Source: a bacterium (GTDB taxonomy: Bacteria; Patescibacteriota; Minisyncoccia; Phycocordibacterales; UBA9973). From it: DNA of 64,000 nucleotides. The position numbers were made by a program, and so were the translations under genes. Positions 38,201 to 48,089 of this stretch are shown here, piece by piece. Position 1 is the first letter of the stretch, and each line of letters begins with the position of its first letter. The notes under the pieces are model-generated. The model was given only the letters and a program-made list of their open reading frames with translations, did no database searches and was not told the origin of the DNA. The DNA lies in the NCBI GenBank assembly GCA_037127795.1, contig JBAXXQ010000001.1:6842-70841 (forward strand), in the 5' to 3' direction.

Positions 38201-38554
38201 CTAGTTATTTATGTGAGCTTTGCAAGTTCTCGCTGCAGGGTTTGCATCGAGACGTTCTTTTTCAATAGCTTCGCCACCGATTTCGCAAATACCGAATGCA
38301 TTTGCATCAATCTTTTTGATTGCTGCTTCGATATCTGTAAGACGAGCTTGCAATGTAGTTACCATACTTGTCCGTTCTTCAAAATCTTCGAAACGATCAG
38401 CTGCATCATTGTCGTCTGTTTCATTTACCATATCAGTATCTGGGGTTGCTTCCCACATATTTGTTTCAGTATTAAAACGAGCGATTTCTGTAAGCTCTAC
38501 TTCGAGATCTTTTTGTTCAGCGAGCAATACGTTTTTGAAATGTGATGTATCCAT
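38201..38554 (-). CDS. TraR/DksA-family protein
   Basis: DDNDAAD coiled-coil tip; FGICEIGGEAI..ERL.ANP.ARTC..H. Confidence 0.85.
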   Translation of the reverse strand: MDTSHFKNVLLAEQKDLEVELTEIARFNTETNMWEATPDTDMVNETDDNDAADRFEDFEERTSMVTTLQARLTDIEAAIKKIDANAFGICEIGGEAIEKERLDANPAARTCKAHINN

Positions 38555-38607
38555 AGCAAGTATACTAGCATGTGTACAGAAAAGCACAATAGCACAAAAA
38601 AGCCTTA

Positions 38608-39507
38608 TTAATGCTGGCTATTTAGCGTATCTGAAATGATTTTGATAATAGATTCGTCGGTTCCAAACACTACAATTTTGTCTTGTACAAATCCGTACAA
38701 GATAGTTGTTGCAAATGGGTCTGATTTTTGTGCATGCAATATACGGATAGGGGTATTGTATACAGTTTTTTGTGTAAATCCTCCACCAACAGTATCGAGC
38801 AGTGTACTTGGGTCTATACTAAATGCTTGAGAAAATAGTATAGGCATTTTTTGCTCAGCAATGAGAAATTCTTTTGAAGCAACCACATCATCTTGTACTG
38901 CACCTATGACAAATGGCACCACCTGCGTATCACTTGTTTTTATCAAGCCATATCGCAATACTGCAAAACTTGTTTCAAAAGGCTCAGTCGCATCTATATG
39001 CAAAAAAGTACAAAGTTCTTTTGGAGAAAGAAGTGCACCAGTATTGGGATCAAAAATATCTACCAATATCGGCTTCCCTACTACAAAGTTCGCATCATTT
39101 GAAACACTTGCAATGATATCTTTTGCGAGCACTGTCTGCTCATTGATACGTGTAGGAAATGTCGGGAACGCACCAAGCGATACATTACTCTCAAGTGGGA
39201 CAGTGAGATTTTTGTAATGCCAGCCACTATATGCAAACCCTGCCAATGCTATACAAAAAAGTACAATAGCCGTTGTTGAAAAAAATACTCGCTGTCGAGC
39301 ACGCTCTGCGCGCTCTTTGTCGAGAGATTCTTGATCTTTGGCATCTTGAATAAATTTTTGTATTGCAGATGCGTCAGTCTCAGACATTGCATGCGCAACA
39401 TCATCAGTATACCGAGAAAGCACTGCGCGATTTACTGTCGACACCGGCTCTGGAGTTGGTGGGACAGGTGCAGGATTTGGTGTTGTATTTTCTACAATAT
39501 CAGCCAT
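38608..39507 (-). CDS. Single-TM hypothetical protein
   Basis: 299-aa ORF with one TM. Confidence 0.65.
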   Translation of the reverse strand: MADIVENTTPNPAPVPPTPEPVSTVNRAVLSRYTDDVAHAMSETDASAIQKFIQDAKDQESLDKERAERARQRVFFSTTAIVLFCIALAGFAYSGWHYKNLTVPLESNVSLGAFPTFPTRINEQTVLAKDIIASVSNDANFVVGKPILVDIFDPNTGALLSPKELCTFLHIDATEPFETSFAVLRYGLIKTSDTQVVPFVIGAVQDDVVASKEFLIAEQKMPILFSQAFSIDPSTLLDTVGGGFTQKTVYNTPIRILHAQKSDPFATTILYGFVQDKIVVFGTDESIIKIISDTLNSQH

Positions 39508-39508
39508 A

Positions 39509-40018
39509 TTAATATCCTAATAAATATTTTTTAGGAGCACTTGATAAATCAAAGAAATCATCTGCTGCTTCTTTGAGAGATGCGGAAGCAGATTTGCCAA
39601 AAGTTGCGACTTCTACTTGTACGCCATGGTGGTATTGCAAGTATTTACAAAGCGGGACAAAGTCTCCATCGCCTGTAATCAAAATAACCGCATCAAGCTT
39701 GGGAGCCATAGTTACCGCATCGATAGCCATACCAATATCCCAGTCTGCTTTTTTACTACCGTCATAAAAAATTTGGAGATCTTTTACTTTTGTCTCAATC
39801 CCCGCTTTGAGCAGTGCTCCGAGGAATCCCTTTTCATCTTCTGCTTCCGTAGTGATTGCGTATGAAATAGCACGTATCAATTTGCGTCCAGCAACAACAT
39901 CTTTGAGTACGGTACCAAAATTAACTTTTCGTTTATATAAATTTTTTGCAGTGTGGTAGAGGTTTTGCGTATCAATAAATACCGCTACACGCTGATCTTT
40001 TTGTTTAATTATTGCCAT
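39509..40018 (-). CDS. NYN-domain (LabA/DUF88) protein
   Basis: VFIDTQN, KADWDIGMAID, TGDGDF. Confidence 0.9.
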   Translation of the reverse strand: MAIIKQKDQRVAVFIDTQNLYHTAKNLYKRKVNFGTVLKDVVAGRKLIRAISYAITTEAEDEKGFLGALLKAGIETKVKDLQIFYDGSKKADWDIGMAIDAVTMAPKLDAVILITGDGDFVPLCKYLQYHHGVQVEVATFGKSASASLKEAADDFFDLSSAPKKYLLGY

Positions 40019-40075
40019 ATATATAGTATACAACAAAAAACCGCCATCTGGCGGAATCTTGATACAATATATGTA

Positions 40076-40336
40076 TTAGTTTTTGATTATTTTGAGAGCC
40101 TCCTTGTGTTGGTCAGGATTTGATTTCTCAAGCTTCTTCAAATGACCTCGGCGATCTGCAACCATCTTGATAAGGCCGCGTCGTGAGTGATTATCTTTCT
40201 TGTGTTTCTTCAAGTGATCAGCCAAAACGTCGATACGCTCTGTCATCACTGCAATTTGCACCTTTTTTGAACCAGTGTCAGTTGCATGAACCTGGTGCTT
40301 TTTGATGATTGTTTGTTTTTTCTTAGTCGTAAGCAT
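40076..40336 (-). CDS. rpsO: 30S ribosomal protein S15
   Basis: DTGS..VQIA, HKKDNHSRRGL.KMV. Confidence 0.97.
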   Translation of the reverse strand: MLTTKKKQTIIKKHQVHATDTGSKKVQIAVMTERIDVLADHLKKHKKDNHSRRGLIKMVADRRGHLKKLEKSNPDQHKEALKIIKN

Positions 40337-40471
40337 GGACCCCATTATGCACTAAGACACGAAAAAAAGCAAGTGTCCGGCAATATACTCATTTTTACCT
40401 ATAAAATATTGACAAATTGGTATATGTGGAGTATTGTAACAAAAATTGTTAACGCTTTTAAAATACAGCTT

Positions 40472-41275
40472 ATGAAATTTAAGTACGGGATAACCCACAG
40501 AGGGAGACCCCATTTAGATGAAATCATGGCGGCCGCGGTATTGGAATATTTATTTGGTGAATTTCCCATAAAAAGGAAGGAGGAAATAACCAAAAAAGAA
40601 TATGATGATCCAGAGATTCTTGTTTTTGATATCGGAAAACGATATTCACCTGAAACAAACTGCTTTGATCATCATCAAGATAAGAGACTGCCGTCTGCCT
40701 GCTATCTTATCTGGGAGTATTTTGCTCCAACGCTCACTTATGAAGAGCGAGTTATAAAAAGTGTTGTGATAAGAAACTTACTGAAACCTATTTCAAACTT
40801 TGATGTAGGTAAGTATGATGAAACATCTGGATTATACGCGAACACATTGTTCAACTATATGAGTCACTGCTATAGCGATTCAGATATTTCATTTACTAAA
40901 GGTGTTGAGTTTTGTGATACTGTCTTACGAGGACTTATTAATAAGACCTTAGAGAAAATAACACTCGATACACAGTATGAGGACCAAGCAATATATTTTG
41001 GTCCAAATCAAAGTATTGTACGTTTTAAAAAACATCATGGAAAACTTCCTGATGAATGGAAACACTTAGCAAGGTCACGTGGCGTAGACTTTATTATTAC
41101 TACACACATACGGACATTGCATAGCGAAATCCATAGCCTGCAAGGTATTGTAATTCCAGAGGATAAAAAAACTCAAATAGAGCACTCTTCTGAAATTGCA
41201 ACGTTTAAAAACGAGACCCTCGCAACAAACACAGCATTAGATCTTATCCTCAAACACAAAAAGCCTCCTCACTAG
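40472..41275 (+). CDS. MYG1-like (DHH superfamily) hydrolase
   Basis: ITHRG.PHLDE, DIG..Y, FDHHQ; own TTGACA promoter at ~40409. Confidence 0.75.
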   Translation: MKFKYGITHRGRPHLDEIMAAAVLEYLFGEFPIKRKEEITKKEYDDPEILVFDIGKRYSPETNCFDHHQDKRLPSACYLIWEYFAPTLTYEERVIKSVVIRNLLKPISNFDVGKYDETSGLYANTLFNYMSHCYSDSDISFTKGVEFCDTVLRGLINKTLEKITLDTQYEDQAIYFGPNQSIVRFKKHHGKLPDEWKHLARSRGVDFIITTHIRTLHSEIHSLQGIVIPEDKKTQIEHSSEIATFKNETLATNTALDLILKHKKPPH

Positions 41276-41304
41276 GGGGCTTTTTATTGTATACTGGTAG
41301 TGTA

Positions 41305-42207
41305 ATGGATATACAAAAACTAAAACGCCAATTTCTCGAGTATATAGAAATTGAAAAAGGGCGAAGTCTAAAAACAGTTGAAAACTATGATCGATATATC
41401 AGTCGGTTTATTGCTGAAGCACATATCAAACAAGCCCGCGATATAACAGAATCTCATATCCGAGAATTTCGCCTCAAGCTCAATCGTTCTCAAGGGATAA
41501 AAGTTCGTGGGCAAGCATCTGCGACAATGAAAAAAAATACACAAAACTACTACATGATCGCGCTTCGTTCATTACTCAAGTACGCGCGCAAGTGCAATAT
41601 AGACACACTCACGCCCGATGCAATTGAGCTCGCAAAAACAGGAGGCAGACACCTCGACCTTATTTCTTTTGATGAGCTCTCTCGCCTACTCAAAGCTCCA
41701 GATACCAAAGAGCTCAAAGGGCTTCGCGATAAAGCAATACTAGAATTATTTTTTTCAACAGGACTTCGTCTTTCTGAGCTTTGTTCACTCAATCGGGATT
41801 TGGATTTATCAAAAGATGAATTTTCTATTCGCGGAAAAGGAGAAAAAGTGCGCGTCGTATTCCTTTCTGATGATGCAAAAGCAAGTATCAAAGCATATAT
41901 CGCTGCACGCAAAGATATGGACGATGCGCTCTTTGTCGATACTATAAAAAGCAAAACAGGTAGTCGTCTCACCCCCCGCTCTATAGAACGACTTGTCCGA
42001 CACTATGCAATACAAGCAGGTATTTCAAAAAAAGTAACACCGCACGTACTACGTCACTCATTTGCGACAGACCTTTTATCAAATGGGGCTGATATTCGCA
42101 GTGTCCAAATGATGCTCGGACATGCAAATATTGCTACCACTCAGGTATATACCCATATCACAGACAAACAACTCCGCGATGTACACAAAAAATTCCACTC
42201 TCGCTAG
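41305..42207 (+). CDS. Tyrosine recombinase, XerC/XerD family
   Basis: GLRLSEL, RGKG.K.R, HVLRHSFAT, LGH, TQVYTH. Confidence 0.93.
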   Translation: MDIQKLKRQFLEYIEIEKGRSLKTVENYDRYISRFIAEAHIKQARDITESHIREFRLKLNRSQGIKVRGQASATMKKNTQNYYMIALRSLLKYARKCNIDTLTPDAIELAKTGGRHLDLISFDELSRLLKAPDTKELKGLRDKAILELFFSTGLRLSELCSLNRDLDLSKDEFSIRGKGEKVRVVFLSDDAKASIKAYIAARKDMDDALFVDTIKSKTGSRLTPRSIERLVRHYAIQAGISKKVTPHVLRHSFATDLLSNGADIRSVQMMLGHANIATTQVYTHITDKQLRDVHKKFHSR

Positions 42208-42267
42208 TACTTGACAAATTTATGTAAAGGTGCTATCATATAATTAAATCATAAAACAATTTAACAA

Positions 42268-42987
42268 ATGAAAAGAGTACTTATTTTAGTTTTTGCTATA
42301 TCAGCAATACTTACATCTTGTAGTAACAACGAACAAACATATCCAGCAAAGGATATAACTGTTCAAATGAGCTTGGACACCAGTATCTATACACAGGTAG
42401 CAAAAACTGCTCCCCGATATGGATGTAATGGGAAAAAGCTTTCCCAGCCGAAACTTGTAGGATATGAAACACAACTTATACCTATAAAACTACACGGCAG
42501 CAAAACCTTAAGTGGTGATAGCTTACAAAAAGCTGGCTGGTTTTTTTACCCTTTTGGTAACGGAACAACTCCTGGTCATATCAGCACATTCACTTGGTTT
42601 CCTGATTGGCTTATCACATTACTTAATGGGCTTTGTTGGCTGGTAATAATACTTATTTGCTTAGGTTTTACTTGGATACTTTTGTCATGGTTATGGGGAT
42701 TAACTCACAACAATATACAAGAGATCACCAAACTTCCTGAAACAATAGTAGTACCTACTACCACAACCCAGACAGTTCATGTTGTTGGTTGTACAGACAA
42801 GGATATTAAGGATGTTGATATTACTGGTTGTACTGGTATCAAAAACAATGTTACGTTCCCAAGTGGAAATAACAATGTGTATATCTTTGTAGGAGGAAAC
42901 ATAACAGGCGATATTACCGTAGAAGGTAATCACGTAATGACTCCGAAAACAAAAGACGAAGATACCAACCAACAGAGCAACAAGTAA
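42268..42987 (+). CDS. Orphan protein with a lipobox-like signal and an internal TM
   Basis: MKRVLILVFAISAILTSC; promoter TTGACA-17-TATCAT at 42211. Confidence 0.65.
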   Translation: MKRVLILVFAISAILTSCSNNEQTYPAKDITVQMSLDTSIYTQVAKTAPRYGCNGKKLSQPKLVGYETQLIPIKLHGSKTLSGDSLQKAGWFFYPFGNGTTPGHISTFTWFPDWLITLLNGLCWLVIILICLGFTWILLSWLWGLTHNNIQEITKLPETIVVPTTTTQTVHVVGCTDKDIKDVDITGCTGIKNNVTFPSGNNNVYIFVGGNITGDITVEGNHVMTPKTKDEDTNQQSNK

Positions 42988-43007
42988 TTTTTTTCACCAT
43001 TAAACAC

Positions 43008-43041
43008 AGCAGCGTTATGAATTTCATAACGCTGCTTTTTT
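43008..43041 (+). terminator. Intrinsic terminator
   Basis: AGCAGCGTTATGAA-t-TTCATAACGCTGCT then a T tract. Confidence 0.85.
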
Positions 43042-43087
43042 ATACACAGTTTTATTTGCACAAAAATTTGTATGCTGTATACTTAAT

Positions 43088-43306
43088 ACAAGAGTTATTT
43101 AATTAAATATTTTTAAAATAAAAAGTGCTCAACACTTTTCTATAGCATACAGCTATGACACACATAAAGCTTCGTCTTTAAAATCCAAAAAACCTTTTTA
43201 GTTCTTTTAGTTCTTTATATAACTTATCATATACTCATTGGAATTTTTTCTAGTTCCAATGAAAACAAACAAAAGCCGCCGTCGTACCTTATGACGCGGT
43301 TTTTTT
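43088..43306 (+). ncRNA. Candidate ~215-nt sRNA
   Basis: TTGCAC-16-TATACT promoter, several hairpins, no credible ORF seen, terminator at 43275-43306. Confidence 0.45.
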
Positions 43307-43333
43307 ATTCCATTTTCTTGCTATTATATAAGT

Positions 43334-44101
43334 ATGAAAATAATATCTTGGAATACCAACGGCCTCCGCGCAACATACAAACAAGGGTTTTTTACTCCAC
43401 TATTTGAAACATATACCCCAGATATTGTATGCCTCCAAGAAACAAAATCAGAGCTCGATCAATTACCACCAGAATTGGCACAGTATAAAGATTATCATCT
43501 CTACATATCCCCTTGTCGCACTCGCAAAGGCTATAGTGGTGTTGCTATATATACCAAACAAAAACCTCTTTCTGTACAAAACGGCTTTGGTATAGAGCTT
43601 TTTGATCAAGAAGGTCGTACTATAGTTGCAGAGTATGCGGATTTTTATCTTATTACCGGATATTTCCCCAATGGCGGAAGTGGTCCAGATAGACTCACCT
43701 ACAAACTAGCTTTTTATGATGCATTTCTTCTATATATTGAAAAATTAAAGAAAAAGAAACCAGTTATTTTTTGTGGCGATGTAAATACCGCACATACCCC
43801 TATAGATCTTGCTCGCCCAAAAGAAAATGTTGAAAATACAGGATTCCTCCCTATCGAACGTGCATGGATAGACAAGCTTATTAGTAAAAAATGGATCGAT
43901 GTATACAGAACATTACACCCAGATACTATTGATTCATATACATATTGGGATCAAAAGACTCGTGCTCGCGAAAGAAATGTCGGCTGGCGTATAGATTACT
44001 TTTTTGCAAGCGATACTATATATAATCGTATAAAAAAATGCGAACCACTTACTGATTATCTAGGAAGCGACCATTGCCCTCTCATGCTTGAATTAAAATA
44101 G
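43334..44101 (+). CDS. xth: Exodeoxyribonuclease III
   Basis: SWNTNG, LQETK, GYSGV, YFPNG, GDVN, GWRIDY, GSDHCP. Confidence 0.95.
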   Translation: MKIISWNTNGLRATYKQGFFTPLFETYTPDIVCLQETKSELDQLPPELAQYKDYHLYISPCRTRKGYSGVAIYTKQKPLSVQNGFGIELFDQEGRTIVAEYADFYLITGYFPNGGSGPDRLTYKLAFYDAFLLYIEKLKKKKPVIFCGDVNTAHTPIDLARPKENVENTGFLPIERAWIDKLISKKWIDVYRTLHPDTIDSYTYWDQKTRARERNVGWRIDYFFASDTIYNRIKKCEPLTDYLGSDHCPLMLELK

Positions 44102-44141
44102 AAAAGTAGTATAGTGTAAGTCACACTAAATTGTTCCACAT

Positions 44142-44228
44142 ATGAGAAAGTTGTTTAATCAACCAGGAGTACAAGTAGAAGAAAATGATGACTTTGATTT
44201 TTTCCCAGACAGGCCAATCACTTTTTAA
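44142..44228 (+). CDS. Candidate 28-aa peptide
   Basis: MRKLFNQPGVQVEENDDFDFFPDRPITF; upstream TATAGT, downstream AAGAGGTGC...GCACCTCTT terminator. Confidence 0.35.
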   Translation: MRKLFNQPGVQVEENDDFDFFPDRPITF

Positions 44229-44274
44229 GCTAACTACTTACACACAGGAAGAGGTGCTACATGCACCTCTTTTT

Positions 44275-45243
44275 TTATACCTTCTTCAACAAACTCATTT
44301 CTTGCTCTTGTGTAAGTACCGAATGAAACAATGCCTGTAATGCACGCTTTCGTGTTTCTTCGGGGAGATATTCCCATGGTCCAGAGATAGGTTTGCCTGC
44401 ATGCTTCCAGTTTTCAAGCGCTTTTACCAAGATACTACTCTCAAGTGCGACATATACAATATCGTCGACATGCACTCCGCGCTCTTTTGCTTTTTCTATT
44501 TGTTCTGCTTTGTGTGCTTGTTTTGCAGTGTTGATAGTAAATTGTATACCGACACTTTTATATTCTTGCTCTAGCTCCCCCGCCTCAATACGAGCTCCAC
44601 GTGTTTTTTGCTTACTTGCAATAATAAAATCAATCTTATTGTGAACATCTTCATACGCATTCGCTGCGCTGATACGCAAGCCAAGATCTGGTCTATCGAT
44701 AGCAATCATTTCTGCAACAGAAAACATGAGCTTTTCTGCAAAGACTCCAAGTTGTTCACTGTTCCCCTCTTTTTCTCGCTCTGCGATTTTTGCATACGCC
44801 TTAGAAACAAACATATCTTTTTTGAACGTATGCTCTGCGAGATTTTGCGCAAGTAACACATTCATTTTTTCACCAACAAAATCTTCAATTCTTTTTTCTC
44901 TATATATCTTTTGCAATCCTTTTTCCTCAAAAGACATTGTTTCACTTATTGGAAGTGCTATACCATGTTGCAAATGTCGTGCTGCGACAATAGCACCCTT
45001 TGTTACCGATTTACCATCACAAAAAAAGCTTTTTTTATATTTATCGTATGAAACAGTTTTTTCTGTAGTGTCTTTATTTGTTTCATATATAGTTTTTTCA
45101 AAAGTACCTGCCTGCTCTACTACACTAGCAATATCGTTTTCTGATACATAAGGAGCAGCTTCTCCAAGAAACACATCGATCATGTGCTTATATTCAGTAT
45201 GTAATGGATTTTCTTGCGAAACAGGCATTTCAAAATGTTCCAT
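44275..45243 (-). CDS. Hypothetical protein, possible PD-(D/E)xK-like fold
   Basis: G..AE...EDV.NKIDFII...GIQFT pattern. Confidence 0.55.
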   Translation of the reverse strand: MEHFEMPVSQENPLHTEYKHMIDVFLGEAAPYVSENDIASVVEQAGTFEKTIYETNKDTTEKTVSYDKYKKSFFCDGKSVTKGAIVAARHLQHGIALPISETMSFEEKGLQKIYREKRIEDFVGEKMNVLLAQNLAEHTFKKDMFVSKAYAKIAEREKEGNSEQLGVFAEKLMFSVAEMIAIDRPDLGLRISAANAYEDVHNKIDFIIASKQKTRGARIEAGELEQEYKSVGIQFTINTAKQAHKAEQIEKAKERGVHVDDIVYVALESSILVKALENWKHAGKPISGPWEYLPEETRKRALQALFHSVLTQEQEMSLLKKV

Positions 45244-45308
45244 ATATATAGTATAGCAAAACATTGCAAAATAAGTAGTTTTTGGTATTGTTATAAAAAA
45301 CAACTATT

Positions 45309-45821
45309 ATGAGTTATTTAATTATTGACTCCCAACCAGGAGAAAGTAAGTACGACGTGCTTACAAAAGCCTTTTATAATGCTATTTCAAAAGATGTGCG
45401 AGTTCAAACACTCAAAGGATCTGTAGGTATAGCAACCCCGATCTATGAAGATGCATTTCTCCCTGTAATAGAGGGAAGAATTGCAATAATGAAAGATCTT
45501 TGGCAATCCAGAGCCGAAGGATCGATTTTTGCAACCATACAAAAAGGATTTTTTGATGCTGCAGGGTTCTTATTTCTTAGCGCCATGGTAGGTGTAGAAA
45601 AAGACGGTATTTTATATACCGCTTCTACAAAATCAATCCCACTGACTCGTGTCGGTGGAGAAATACTGGAAAAAAGTGAAGAAGTTCGCTATGCAGAGTT
45701 TGGAAGACTGTATCCAGGATTCAAACAACTTGGCTTGGTCACCATAGAAACAGATGGTGAAACCAGCGAAGAGTCGTGGCTCGAAGAAGCAACAAGAGAG
45801 TGTTTCGAAAAATTAAAGTGA
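45309..45821 (+). CDS. Divergent YjjX/DUF84-like (ITPase fold) protein
   Basis: By-eye alignment to YjjX: K...AF, SVG..P, R, ATIQKG, S..IPL, G......T.G. Confidence 0.5.
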   Translation: MSYLIIDSQPGESKYDVLTKAFYNAISKDVRVQTLKGSVGIATPIYEDAFLPVIEGRIAIMKDLWQSRAEGSIFATIQKGFFDAAGFLFLSAMVGVEKDGILYTASTKSIPLTRVGGEILEKSEEVRYAEFGRLYPGFKQLGLVTIETDGETSEESWLEEATRECFEKLK

Positions 45822-45831
45822 GTTATTCCCA

Positions 45832-45859
45832 AAAAGCCCATGCATTTGCATGGGCTTTT
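45832..45859. terminator. Bidirectional terminator
   Basis: AAAAGCCCATGCA-tt-TGCATGGGCTTTT. Confidence 0.85.
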
Positions 45860-45860
45860 A

Positions 45861-46619
45861 TTATTTTTTCCAAAGCTCTTTGAATACTTCTCGCATATTA
45901 TGAGCAAGTACCGCATCATGTATTTCTACCAAATAATACGGCTTTTCTTTAGTAAGAACAGATACAACATATTCCCCTACGACCCACTGTGTACTTGTGA
46001 AGTTAGATTCTCCAGACCAAAATCGTATCATTCTTCTTGATATATCTTTTTCTTTCATTTGCACCTCTATATCAGAATCATTACTAAAAAGTTTCAAATC
46101 AATCTCTTGTGGTGCTTTTTTCCAAAACCAGTCTATCCATTTTTCATATTTTTCTGCAAATGTATGATCTTGGAACCCCCACCACGTCAACTCTTGTGTT
46201 GCACGTTGACTCTCTATCCATCGAGGAGTCGCCTCATGAAGATAATGCTCAAGATCACCCTCCTCTATGAATCTAATTTTTGGTACTGAGTACGCTGTCG
46301 AAGATGGAAAACTCTGCACAACCTCTTTCAAATCTTTAATTGTATGCTCTTTTTGAGCAATACGCTCTTTTTCTTTTATTATCAACCTATCAAGTTCACT
46401 TACTGGCGCTGGACTATAGTAAGTAGTCTTCCCTCCCAAATCTTCTACTATCAAACCTTTTTGTAGAAGCTCCTTTGCGACACTATATACAGTGGTACGA
46501 TTTATTTTTGCGAGGCGAGAAAGTGTTGTCGCAGGAACCTTTCCTTTCTCAAGAATAATCTTATATAAAGATTGCTCTTTTATTCCAAGTCCAAGATCTG
46601 TAAGTATTTTCTCCAACAT
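45861..46619 (-). CDS. TrmB-family wHTH regulator #3 (close paralog of #2)
   Basis: INRTTVYSVAKEL, YSVPKIRFI, WWGFQD, VEIHDAV. Confidence 0.85.
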   Translation of the reverse strand: MLEKILTDLGLGIKEQSLYKIILEKGKVPATTLSRLAKINRTTVYSVAKELLQKGLIVEDLGGKTTYYSPAPVSELDRLIIKEKERIAQKEHTIKDLKEVVQSFPSSTAYSVPKIRFIEEGDLEHYLHEATPRWIESQRATQELTWWGFQDHTFAEKYEKWIDWFWKKAPQEIDLKLFSNDSDIEVQMKEKDISRRMIRFWSGESNFTSTQWVVGEYVVSVLTKEKPYYLVEIHDAVLAHNMREVFKELWKK

Positions 46620-46781
46620 ATCCTTATTATACATAGTTTGTTGAAAAATTGTCAACAAAATATGTATAAAATCTTATTTAATGTTGATAATTAAGGTTTA
46701 TTTGTTTATATTTACTTGACAAATAATTATATACCTGCTATGATTAACTTAAACAATTTTGTTAATTTAAAAAAATATATT

Positions 46782-47261
46782 ATGAACAAGGTAACTATTC
46801 CAGTCCTTCCAGAAATTTTAACCAATCTTACTTGGGAAGATAAATATGACTCTATCTACAAATGGATTTCGAGTACACCTATAGGTAAAACCTATAGTCT
46901 ACGACTAAAAAGTTTCAAAGATTTTATAGAGTACTTAGAAGAAAAAGATACACGAGAGTATATTAGTAGTGTAGAGTACAGCGACAATTTTTTTGATTGT
47001 ATAGAAGATGGCAGATTATTTTCTATTCATTTTAAAGCTATTCCTTATGAAGATGGAGGTTGGGTTGATTTTGTTTTCTATTTTTATAGTAATAACAAAG
47101 TTACTACTAGAGTAGAGGCTGATTTTCCCGAAGATAGATTAAAGCATGTAGTCAATAACCATAAAAAAACAGGGTTTAAGGACGATACAAGTCTTACTTG
47201 GAAAAAAGCATTTCTTATTTTAAACAAGCTATATAATGGTAATATACCTGAGTTTGTTTAA
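46782..47261 (+). CDS. Orphan protein
   Basis: Promoter TTGACA-17-TATGAT at 46716; start MNKVTIP. Confidence 0.65.
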   Translation: MNKVTIPVLPEILTNLTWEDKYDSIYKWISSTPIGKTYSLRLKSFKDFIEYLEEKDTREYISSVEYSDNFFDCIEDGRLFSIHFKAIPYEDGGWVDFVFYFYSNNKVTTRVEADFPEDRLKHVVNNHKKTGFKDDTSLTWKKAFLILNKLYNGNIPEFV

Positions 47262-47299
47262 AATAAGAAAAACCCTGCAAATGCAGGGTTTTTCTTATT
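47262..47299. terminator. Perfect 18-bp inverted repeat; 32-bp direct repeat copy 1
   Basis: AATAAGAAAAACCCTGCA-aa-TGCAGGGTTTTTCTTATT. Confidence 0.85.
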
Positions 47300-48089
47300 G
47301 GTGGTGTGTAACACCCAATTCCCTATCCAGTCTTTTTGCTTCAGCCCAAGCGAGCTCGTAGATTTTTTTCATAGCATCAGCAATTTCTGCACTTTCTATA
47401 ATAATACCAAGCTTTTCTCGCCATGAAGCGATCATGATTTTATTATCATAGATATTTATTTCTGGGTGGAATCCATACCTATCAGACGGTATAAAAACAG
47501 AATCACGAAGCTCTGCTGTGTCATGCCTTGCGAGATCTCTCCCTTCGGCATTATCAGTAAAAATAGCACGTATTGGTATACCTTTTTCTGCACGACGCTT
47601 GTAGTACAAGGGAAAATATCCAGGGAGTGCCGCGTGTACATCATCGACACTCGCATATGCACGTATCGGCTCAAGAGAGCTCAACGTATCTTCATATACC
47701 TCCTTCAAACCTTCTACCCCCTCATAAAATCGTACTTGTGGGCGCCCCGCAACATTGTGCATTGATTTTAATGTAGGTATAACAGTGCGCACACGTACAA
47801 GCTCTTTTTGTAAAGATTCCAACTTACTAGAGATAAGTATATCGAGCTTGTCTGGTGATTCTGCAATATACTCTTGTTTTGGCTTCTTACCTGAAATACT
47901 AGCGAGCCCTTTTGACACCAATCTATCCAAAATATCATACCCTGTTGTTCTATTAAGGAGTGCTTTTCTAGAAATTTGTGAAACGGTACCTTTTCCAAGC
48001 CCCAAAAGCGCTATATACACAGCAAATTCATTATCAGAGATTCCTACAAGTTGTAGTTGTTTTTGTAATATATCAAGCTCTTTATCCAT
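47295..48089 (-). CDS. TrmB-family wHTH regulator #4
   Basis: LNRTTGYDIL, PQVRFYEGVEGLKEVYEDTL, INIYDNK, GIIIES.EIA. Confidence 0.88.
   Translation of the reverse strand: MDKELDILQKQLQLVGISDNEFAVYIALLGLGKGTVSQISRKALLNRTTGYDILDRLVSKGLASISGKKPKQEYIAESPDKLDILISSKLESLQKELVRVRTVIPTLKSMHNVAGRPQVRFYEGVEGLKEVYEDTLSSLEPIRAYASVDDVHAALPGYFPLYYKRRAEKGIPIRAIFTDNAEGRDLARHDTAELRDSVFIPSDRYGFHPEINIYDNKIMIASWREKLGIIIESAEIADAMKKIYELAWAEAKRLDRELGVTHHQ

Noticed and set aside
41305-42207. Prophage or ICE integrase
   Set aside because: Size and motifs fit XerC/D; no phage genes or att duplication seen
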